Assembly: GCA_030248215.1 (NCBI GenBank)
Contig: JASANG010002365.1
Span: 1 to 64,000, forward strand
Direction of reading: 5' to 3'
Length of the DNA: 64,000 nucleotides
DNA from: Enoplolaimus lenunculus
Taxonomy: Eukaryota
Shown: one piece after another, positions 39,701 through 48,617 of the stretch
Position numbering within the stretch: position 1 is the stretch's first letter
Layout of the letters: the number at the start of each line of letters is the position of its first letter
Notes under the pieces: model-generated
What the model saw: only the letters and a program-made list of their open reading frames with translations
Database searches by the model: none
Told to the model about the DNA's origin: nothing
Made by a program: the position numbers and the translations under genes

Positions 39701-42700
39701 CGTCGTACATTCCTGTCCGCCGCCGTCCATTGCCATACATCCCGGTTCGTCGCCGTCCATCGCCGTACATCCCGGTCCGTCGCCGTCCATCGCCGTACAT
39801 CCCTGTCCGTCGCCGTCCATCGCCGTACATCCCGGTCCGTCGCCGTCCATCGCCGTACATCCCTGTCCGTCGCCGTCCATCGCCGTACATCCCGGTCCGT
39901 CGCCGTCCATCGCCGTACATCCCTGTCCGTCGCCGTCCATCGCCGTACATCCCGGTCCGTCGCCGTCCATCGCCGTACATCCCTGTCCGTCGCCGTCCAT
40001 CGCCGTACATCCCTGTCCGTCGCCGTCCATCGCCGTACATCCCTGTCCGTCGCCGTCCATCGCCGTACATCACTGTGTGTTGTCGAACGTTGCCGTCTGT
40101 CGCCGTACGTTATCGTCTGTCACTGTAAAATATCGTACATGCGTAATTTCCGTACGTTGTCGCACAGCAACGAACGGCGACATACGGCAACCAACGGCGA
40201 CACACGGCAACGAACGGCGATGTACAACAACATACGGCAAAGTCCGATGCCGGAAGACATTAAAAAAGTTTTTAAAAAGTATAACGCAACCCTTACATGT
40301 ATAACCTGTAACCGATTCAGCCCATAATTGTTTTTTGAGCCAATCAGCTAAACTTCCGTCTCCTTCATCGCTTAATATATAGCCAATATAGCGTCCTGGT
40401 TTTGATTTGTATTGTATATGCGGATCCGGAATCGGAAACAACAGAACCAAGTCGTTATTTTCTTGGATTGTGTCGATTTTAACATGCCTGGAATAAAATA
40501 GATATTAAAGTAACGTCTGCGTTGCTCAAATGTATTGCTTTAACTACAACGTGTGCCGGGGCCGGATATTGCTTTAACTACAACGTGTGCCGGGGCCGGA
40601 TATTGCTTTAACTGAAACGTATGCCGGAGCCGGATATTGCTTTAACCAAAACGTATGCCGGAGTCGGATATTGCTTTAACCAAAACGTATGCCGGAGCCG
40701 GATATTGCTTTAACCAAAACGTATGCCGGAGCCGGATATTGCTTTATCCAAAACGTATGCCGGAGCCGGATATTGCTTTAACCAAAACGTATGCCGGAGC
40801 CGGATATTGCTTTATCCAAAACGTATGCCGGAGCCGGATATTGCTTTAACCAAAACGTATGCCGGAGCCGGATATTGCTTTATCCAAAACGTATGCCGGA
40901 GCCGGATATTGCTTTAACTGGTCATTAAAATACTGTTGGATATTGTAAACTCTCTCAAATTTTAATTTTAAGCAAATTTCTCACATTGAGTTGCCTATAG
41001 GCAACTCAGCGCAGTGCATATACGTTAAATAATATATATCGCACCGTGTTTAACAATTGCAACACGTGTACATAGTACTAAATCACCACAAGACGTGAGA
41101 GCCCCTTCGGGCTCGAGCGTCAAGCTCCAATAGCTGAGTGGTGATGGTATACGCCTTCCACTCCAGTCACTGGAGTTCGAATCCTAGCATAAAAGTATGT
41201 CTCAGGGGAAATAGAAAATATTCATGTGAGAAAGGGTTAAAATCATATTAAAACTGGTCAAATGTTACAACAACCTGAAATGCAAAACTGATGTTTACAA
41301 ATGTAGAATATTTCGTTGGCAATGGCTTTCTGGCCTTTGCCAGGTATCATGGTTTCGGCTGCAGGTGAAGGTACAATTTTGTTGGTGCTCCTAAATTCAA
41401 AAATGCTCTTCATTCAACTGAACTTACCGTTTAACTTGATCTTTGCCGTACGGATGTTTCCACATTGGCAAGCTTAGCTTTAGGTTTCGAATTTCATTGA
41501 AATATCCGTTCACCATATCTTCAAGTTCGTTAAGCGATTGATTGCCAATCACAGCCAGCGTCATAATATTCGCACTGTACCATTTATGATAGAATGACAT
41601 CACTTCGTCACGAGGATTAAAGCCTAAAATGAACAAAAATTAATAAATTCAACGCCAGTAACAGATTATAAGTTGCTTTTCGAATCGTAAGCAAAAATGT
41701 TCAAGTTAACTCTTGTCGTATGGACAAAATATCGGTTGAACGATTTAGTCGGTTTATCCTATTTGAATCGAGTTAAACTGAAAGTTATTTTAGTTTCCTT
41801 AAGATTCTGACCTGGATATCGGCACTTAATTCAATTTCTTGAACGTCGTCGAATTAATCTTTATCGCTTTTCAGGAATGAAATTATTAGCTTTTATGTTT
41901 TATTGAAATGATGGGCCAATGTAAAGAACAGCGGCGGAACAGTATAAGCTTAATCCTAAGCCTAACCCTAAGCCTAAGCGTAAGAATGAGTATATTCCTA
42001 AGTCTAAGCCTAAGCCAAGCAAAAACATTAGTCTAAAGCTTATGCTTACTCTTTTCTAGTCCCACAGAAAAACGTACCGCCCCTGATCTTTACATGGAAT
42101 GGAGCTATGCTTTGATGACGTCCGGCGCCGTCGGCCACCGTCTAACGCTGTCCGCCGGCTTCCGTCATTATACATAATAGATGCCAACAATGTTTACTGC
42201 TCTGTCAGCTTTGCGCAATCCGCAAAAGTTGCGAAAGCACAAAAATTTAAATTTTCTTGCAAATTTTCCTTTCATAGAACAATCACGTGCAATGGCGGAT
42301 CCAGGATCTCAAAATGGGGGAGGGCCAAAATTTCACAGGTAATAAACTTATTTTTGACCCATACTGCAGTGAGCCAAATAAGATGGGGTTCCCATTACGA
42401 GTCCCAATTAATAGGAGTCCGTATCCCTAAAGAGAGTCCGTAAGCGGGTAGAGTCCTTAAACCCTTGTTAGAGTTCAAAAATGTCTATTATCCCTAATTT
42501 TAGCGCATAAATGACTCCAAGGCCAAATAAAGGTGAGTTCGAAACTTTAAAGCGTGCTTATACTATTGTGTATAAAACAGAGAAATAAACAGGGTAGAAT
42601 AGCAATTGACACTATATAATTTTTGTCGAGATGCTGTTGGGGGGACCACGGCCGGGGTGGCCCTCCATGGATCCTCCATTGATCACGTGTATTTCCTCAC

Positions 42701-45700
42701 AAATTATTTTAAAGAAAGTAATGCTGGAAAGTTGCCCAAAATGCGTATGTGAGGCGTTCGAGCTTTAATATATAGATTTGTTCAGTTTACTTTGTTGTAC
42801 CTTGTTTAATTGGTTCGTCGTATAGAGTTTCTTTAGAACCGACAGCAAATTTAGTATAATCATGTCCTGGTTTGGACAGCGCTTTTTGTACTTGAAATAT
42901 GCGTCGGCTGTCACTTTTTAACGACAATGAAAATTCTGAATTCACTGCGTTCACTTCACGTTCGACTGAAGATTCGTTGAACAGTGGCGCAATGAAAAAT
43001 TGAGAAAATCTAAAATGTTAAATCAAATTGTTTTTCTTGTTGAATAATCTTCTTTTAAGCTTTAAATATCAAAACTCGTCGCAAAACTTTGTTATATTTT
43101 TCGTATGTTTAAAAATGTCCAATTCCATACTTAAAATCGTCAAGTTTTTGCCGTTGAATTCAACTTTATTTAGCATAAAAACTCCAATGAAAAATCGATT
43201 ACAGTTGAATTATTTAAACCAAATTCGAATCTAAATTGAAACAAAAAGATGATGCATACTGTAATGACCCGAATAAGAGGAAGCTCTGTTTATTTGGCCT
43301 GTCCAGAAGGTACCCCCCTTGTTATTCTGTTACGGACTGTTATTTATTTTTATTCCTCACTTCGACACCCGTCGTTACCAATATATCTGGTACTGTCATT
43401 ATCCGTTGAATTTAACGTTTATTTGTTTTGTTTCAAAAGCTTGAGCGATAACGCAAGGTTATACTTAGGAATGTACTTTCAAAACCTAAGACTGGAACTC
43501 AAATCAGGTCACTATAGTACTTTAATAAAATATGCTGGGAACCCTTTCGTATTATCCCCTCTTATTCGGGTCACTACTGTACTTCAATAAAAATATGCTA
43601 CAGGGTAAATTCTGTGTAGGAAAGAATGTAGCCAGTACTCGTTGGGTTTTTGACCGACCCCCTTACTTAGAGGTAGTACAACCTGTGCAAACCATGGCAC
43701 TTTATGTATGCGGCATCAAAAATGTTCCGCTTATAAGGTCAATTTTGAGTAATTTCATATGACAACGACCCTACCTCTAAACAAGGGGGGTCGGCCAAAA
43801 GCGCATCGTATGGTGGCACAATTTGCACCATGCGGACAGTGGCGGATCCAGGATCTCAGAATGGGGGATCCAAAATTTCACAGGTAATAAACTTATTTTT
43901 TTACCCATGCTATAGTGACCCAAATACGAAGGGGGTTCCCCATTTTAAGTCCCAATTAATAGGAGTCTGTATCCCTAATAAGAGTCCGTAAGCGGGTAGA
44001 GTCCTTAAACCCGTGTTAGAGTCCATAAATGTCTATTAATTGTAGCGCACAAATGACTCCAGGGCCAAATAAAGGTGAGTTCGAAACTTTAAAGCGTGCT
44101 TATACTATTGTGTATAAAACAGATAAATAAACAGTATAGAACAGCAATTGACACTATATACTTTTTGTCGAGATGCTATTGGGGGGCCCACGGCCGGGGT
44201 GGCTCCCCCATGGATCCGCCACTGCATGCGGAACTCTAAGAGTTGTATACTCTTGTATCATGCACTCTTGATAATAGAAAGTTATCGTAAAATTTAATAT
44301 CGGTGTTTTTAAATATTAATTTTCACAACTGACTGCTTAAATTTGAACGCAACAGTAAAAAATTTTCAAGTTAATGCTTATCAGGACAGTTGTAAACGTT
44401 TATCAGATAACGTGTGCTTATATCATGCATTCTTGGAAGAACTTACAGTTGTGAATATTCAATTGAAATAATCGTTAAGGTTCACCATTCAACTCAGCCA
44501 GGCCAAAACAAAATTGTGCTCATTTCAAATTAGCATCGAGTAGCGAGTCATTAATGTTTTCCACTTACCGATCTAATGCTTGTTTTAAGTATGCTGGAGC
44601 TATCGTAAAATAATACGTCGTATCTTCTAATCCGGTGCCTGCGTTCTGTGTTCCACCATGATCGGAAATAAACTAAAAATTATCGCAACCGTAAAATCAA
44701 ATCAATATAAGCTTACCTGAGTACAATTACTCAAATTTTAATATTCAAATTCGCAAAATTCAAATTTAAATTTCAAACGAGTTCACTAAAAAACGCTCAA
44801 TATCAAACACAGTGCCGCTTAGAAAATTGTACTTCAAGTTGTGATATTGACGCAAAATCAAACGCATAAATTTTCAACGGGTTGAATACGAGATTTAACC
44901 CTTTCACTCATAGAGTATACTATGAGCAACTAAATGCAATAATGTACGAGCAATACAAACACTGTGAGCACTGTTTAACATTTATAACATATATGCACAG
45001 TGCAAAATCTACACAAGACGTGAGAGCGCCTACTCGGGCTCGTTCGTCAAGCTCCTATAGCTCAGTGGTAATCGTAAACGCCTTCCACCCGTGAGACTGG
45101 GGTTCGAATCTTACCTTGAAAATACATCTCCTATAAAATTGAAAATATTCATGTGAGAAAGCGTTAATATGCAGTATCTTAAAAAATTCACAGTTCAGTC
45201 GGTAATTTCAACTTACATTAGAATATTCGTCTTCTTCAGGATACTGAAATTTAAATTAACCATTTTAAACTGAGGATAGTTCGAAACTTAATGTTTACTC
45301 CTAAACGGTAAAATGCCTGCCTTACAATTTGTCCCTTTCAAATAATCCACCCACCGTCCCCTTATTCAGCAATTTCTGGATCCGCCACTGTTTGTCTGTA
45401 TGATTGACTAGAAACGAGTTAAACGGGAAATTATTAAATTTTGTTAACCCTTTCACTCATAGAGTATACTGCGAGCAAATAACTTCAAATATTAATATAC
45501 AAACAATACAGCCAAGATGAGCAGTGTCTAACAATTCGAACATATATGCACTGTGCAAAATCTCCACAGGACGTGAGAGCCCCCTCGGGCTCAAGCAGCA
45601 AGCTGCTATGGTTCAATAGTCATCGCAAATGCCACCCACCTGTGAGACTGCAGATAGAATGTTACCTACAAATTACATCTCATATGAAATTGAAAATATT

Positions 45701-48617
45701 CATCCGAGAAAGGGTTAAAGTTTTGGCATGAATGGCGGTGCTATACTTTTTAATTTTTTTCTTGCCGCCTGACCCCGTCTGTCGTCGTTCAGTATAGTAA
45801 ACCTGGTGTATCGTGTCAGCCACTCCTGAAGCAATAATATTTTTTACCTTCTCGTTCGTCAAAATTAAAGTCGTATAGTGAATTTAAATCAATAAATCAA
45901 TGGCATTTCGACGATAAACACACGTTGAATAAACTAAAAAAAATAGCCTACTTTACCTTTTCTGTTCCCATAAACAGCATGTGTTCACAAAAATGTGCCA
46001 ATCCCTGCATTTCCCACGGATCCATCATTGCACCTAAAACAAAAAGACTAAAAAAATTTATTCTATAACTGATTCATTTTAGGCAGTTTCCTCAAGAGCC
46101 TACACTCATATCGTCAAATGCATATGGCATTGATCACCAGTTAGCGATAGGTTTTCAAACTGGCAAACTCATGCAATTACGGATCTGAAAATAGTTACAT
46201 TGCATATCAAATGCAAAATAGCTTTGCTGTATAGTTCGAACCTCGTCATTCACTGGTTCAAAAGTTACAATGCATATCACCAACTGATGATAGCTGCTGC
46301 AGACATTCAACAATACTGGGTTCAAGCGTAATTCTAAGCTTAAGCCTAAACCTAATGACAAATCTATATACGTGAGCCAATTTACGTACCGTATCGTGCT
46401 ATCTACCGTACCGTAAAGCAAAAACTTCACTCTAAATTCGAGTGAGTTGATTAATCAATTCAGCTAGCGAGTTAGATATTTCTCAATTAATATCAGTAAA
46501 CATTAACTCACTCTGAATTGAGTTGATTCTCACTCTGAGTTGAGTTGACTCTGGGTGAGTTAATTAATTAGCTCACAATGAATTGAATCAACTAAAAATG
46601 CTGAGTTCTGATAGTCCTAACTCATGCTGAGTGATTCAACTCATTTTGAGTTAAAATCAACTCACTGGAATTTATAGTGGTTGTCCATAGTACAGTTATC
46701 ATTAATCAAAATACAATTTAATTTGATACTTACCAACACCAACACGTAACGCTGCAGCTGCCTTATCAGTGATTGGATCGCTAACCACAACAGCTTTAAG
46801 TCCATTCGATAATTCTAAAGCTCGATAAAGTCTATTGTCCTGAAATATTAAATCAATATAATAAATACAACGTACGTTTAATAGTTAAAATTCGCAATTT
46901 AAGTAAAATTTACTATTTAAGCTAACGCCACCGCTTTGGCAATTATTTAAGGCTGGAAATCATAGCTTACTGTAGGAATCCGAATAAGAAGGCGGTCGTC
47001 ATTTTGAGTCCCAATCAATAGGAGTCCGTATCCCTGATAAGAGTTCGTAAGCAGATAGAGCCCTTTAACCCAAATTAGAGTGCATAAATGGCAATTATGC
47101 CTAATTGTAGCGCATTAATGAATCCAGAACCACATAACCTCGAATTCGAAACTGTAAAGCGTACTTAAATTTTGAAAATAATATTTCAAAGTATAACCTT
47201 GCATTATCTAATCAAAATTCATACAGTTAACCCTATCCTCAAGCGTGGTAGTTACTAGAAGATTTTTGGATTTATATAATTCAGAACAATATTTTAACCA
47301 ATCTTAAAACTGCTCTTTTTCTGTGTGACCATAAATTTGGAAGGGTATATATCCCCTCTACTTTTGCCTTGAAAACACCCCTGGGCAAGATTATGGTTAA
47401 GGACTATCCCAAAAAATTTATACCAGTTTCAGTAAAAGTAAAATCTTACATTTTTTGGCTTAATCACATTGTCATAGCGAGCCACAACGACAGCTATGAT
47501 TGTTTGTTGCAAACATATCTGTAACAAACATATATGCATTAAATGTGTTATATATATTCATTAAGGCAAAGGCCAAGCAGAGGTTTGGGTTCAGGTTTAA
47601 ATAAACCTTTTTCGAAACCTAAGCCAAAAAGCCTGAACCTAAGCCTAAGTGTAGGAACATTCAAGAGCCGTAAAATTATTAGTAAACCTAAACAAATTGA
47701 CCCTACTTGAGATAAACCTATAAAAAATAATGTCTAAGTAACCAGTCTAAACCAAAAGCGGATCCAGGGGGTATGGTGGGATGTATCTTACCCACAGTCT
47801 GCCGAGAGTAATTTTTTCAGGTTTAAAATCAAACCAACAATGCAAATTTTTCTTCCATCTCAAAATTTCACAGTTGTTGAAACTCAGCACAACTGATTTT
47901 CTATCTGCATTGACGAGTTTCAAATGCGAGTAGCCTCTCGTTCGCTTTGCTCGCGAGTTTGGGGACCCGCATCCTGGGATTGGGGGAGACTCCACCCCTG
48001 GCTGCTCCGGCACTGCGAGTAAGTTTCTCAAGTATTGGCAGTAAAAAGTGCCAATTTGGCTGCAAAAGGCTCCGGCCCTCTTTGCATCCGTCTGATTATG
48101 GACTGAGTCTAAAACTTAACTTCTTAATAGCCTAAGCTTTTGGAAATTTGGATATTACCCGGGAAATTAGGATTTTGGAAAATTGGGATATATACTCCGG
48201 AAATTAGTAGGAACCTGTTGGGTACATGGGCCATTGTGTGTGTGACTTGTGGCTGTTTTATATGCGTAAAAATATGTATGAACATATGCCAAAACGTAAC
48301 ATTTTGCAATTGTGCATTCCCCCTGTGAATATGCGCTGTAGCTTGCGTATGTGCAGAGTGTGTGCAGTTCTGACACCCCCTAACCAGAAATTTCTGGATC
48401 CGCCACTGCGTCAAAACACTTTAACTTCTCAGTCTATTTATCTATAACATTTCACCGTAATGGTTAACATTTATAAAACAGCTTTTTGCCTAATGAACCA
48501 GATAAGATTTGCGTTTAAATAATTGAAAATTAATTACAATTCACATACTAAAACTGTTAAAATCAACCATACTGCCGTTGTTGAATTATAAATTCGACTA
48601 ATTTGTAGCGCCTTCAT
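24302..48617 (-). CDS. IDE: Insulin-degrading enzyme (insulysin, peptidase M16A)-like protein, about 1007 aa, 24 exons, predicted signal peptide
   Basis: Exons (minus strand): 48617-48549, 47518-47450, 46839-46734, 46033-45957, 45243-45217, 44672-44569, 43009-42801, 41623-41428, 40487-40306, 38925-38748, 37875-37800, 36338-36199, 35163-34917, 34419-34236, 32876-32803, 31807-31681, 31128-31037, 30252-30141, 28835-28668, 27630-27506, 26956-26809, 26407-26346, 25672-25544, 24424-24302. Total 3024 nt, all phases compatible. Motifs DNRLYRALELSNGL, GLAHFCEHMLFMGTEKYP, EREVNAVNSE, WYSANIM, LPEPNEFIATD, FNELRTKQQLGYIV. Exon 1 is less certain than the rest. Confidence 0.93.
24605..24754. mobile_element. 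TTAGGC-carrying MITE, TIR variant 3
   Basis: GGTCCATGTATAGCACAGGGCC ... GGCCCTGTTCTATACATGGGTC; flanks CAAATTTA / CAAATTGA. Similar copy at 37498-37772. Confidence 0.8.
26465..26642. repeat. (AAAT)n / (TTTA)n microsatellite
   Basis: Short AAAT array followed by a long TTTA array. Confidence 0.9.
28966..29222. mobile_element. CACTG-TIR MITE, TSD TA
   Basis: TA|CACTGTAAATT ... ATACAGTG|TA; a degenerate second copy follows at about 29280-29535. Confidence 0.85.
29804..30099. mobile_element. TTAGGC-carrying MITE, variant 1
   Basis: TSD GAAGTTGT / GAAGTGGT; (GCCTAA)n inside. Further copies at 30375-30575, 35771-35964, 41914-42097 and 50851-51134, plus degenerate ones. Confidence 0.88.
30719..30776. 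repeat. (TA)n microsatellite
   Basis: Uninterrupted TA run. Confidence 0.95.
32092..32365. mobile_element. CACTG-TIR MITE, TSD TG
   Basis: TG|CACTGTAAATT ... AATTTACAGTG|TG. More copies at about 36697-36938, 37905-38350 (interrupted) and 46428-46679. Confidence 0.85.
32940..33369. mobile_element. hAT-like MITE (CAGGGTGCAA TIR)
   Basis: TTATTTAG|CAGGGTGCAATCGGAA ... TTCCGCTTTGCACCCTG|CTATTTAG (8-bp TSD, 7/8 match). Confidence 0.75.
33946..34205 (-). mobile_element. piggyBac-type MITE copy with tRNA-like cassette
   Basis: TTAA|CCCTTTATCACAT ... ATGTGAGAAACGG|TTAA. Confidence 0.85.
35170..35630. repeat. Degenerate AT-rich tandem repeat, about 65-bp unit
   Basis: Recurrent TTTCTGTAAATATTTTCAAAATACTAAA ... 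GAAGTAAAATTAATTTT. Confidence 0.7.
36437..36689. mobile_element. MITE with GCCCCATTCACACGTGCAAGT TIRs
   Basis: Right end ACTTGCACGTGTGAATAGGGC is the reverse complement of the left end. Confidence 0.75.
38606..38736. repeat. Short tandem repeat ATATATTGCAAAACTGCACTA x5
   Basis: Five copies with variable AT spacers next to an IDE donor site. Confidence 0.85.
39620..40070. repeat. 30-bp GC-rich minisatellite, about 15 copies, inside a MITE
   Basis: CGCCGTCCATCGCCGTACATCCC(T/G)GTCCGT; bounded by AGGGTGGCGCAATAAC (39598) and AGTATAACGCAACCCT (40293). Confidence 0.95.
40533..40919. repeat. 34-bp minisatellite, about 11 copies
   Basis: TATTGCTTTA(A/T)CCAAAACGTATGCCGGAGCCGGA head-to-tail with no spacers. 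Confidence 0.95.
40977..41236 (+). mobile_element. piggyBac-type MITE copy with tRNA-like cassette
   Basis: Ends ATGTGAGAAAGGG|TTAA; internal GCTCCAATAGCTGAGTGG ... GAGTTCGAATCC. Confidence 0.82.
42290..42681. mobile_element. hAT-like MITE, TSD ATCACGTG
   Basis: CAATGGCGGATCCA ... TGGATCCTCCATTG with perfect 8-bp TSD. Confidence 0.88.
43257..43581. mobile_element. TA-flanked MITE with CTGTA(A/G)TGACCCGAATAAG TIRs (Tc1/mariner-like)
   Basis: TACTGTAATGACCCGAATAAGAGG ... CCTCTTATTCGGGTCACTACTGTA. Related copies at about 46969, 49286-49617 and 58221-58610. Confidence 0.75.
43837..44224. mobile_element. hAT-like MITE, TSD CATGCGGA
   Basis: CAGTGGCGGATCCA ... TGGATCCGCCACTG with perfect 8-bp TSD; close copy of 42290-42681. 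Confidence 0.9.
44899..45163 (+). mobile_element. piggyBac-type MITE copy with tRNA-like cassette (subfamily 2)
   Basis: TTAA on both sides; GCTCCTATAGCTCAGTGGTAATCGTAAACGCCTTCCACCCGTGAGACTGGGGTTCGAATC. Confidence 0.85.
45448..45714 (+). mobile_element. piggyBac-type MITE copy (subfamily 2, more decayed)
   Basis: TTAA|CCCTTTCACTCAT ... GAGAAAGGG|TTAA. Confidence 0.8.

Noticed and set aside
39588..40304. Long ORFs in several frames (MYGDGRRRTG, PSPSIAVHP repeats)
   Set aside because: Products of a stop-free 30-bp minisatellite inside an IDE intron.
40533..40919. 34-bp repeat array as a CRISPR array
   Set aside because: Units are head-to-tail with no unique spacers, there are no cas genes, and it lies in a eukaryotic intron.
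45050..45120. Functional tRNA gene
   Set aside because: No complementary 3' acceptor stem, copies vary at the anticodon position, and all lie within a MITE.
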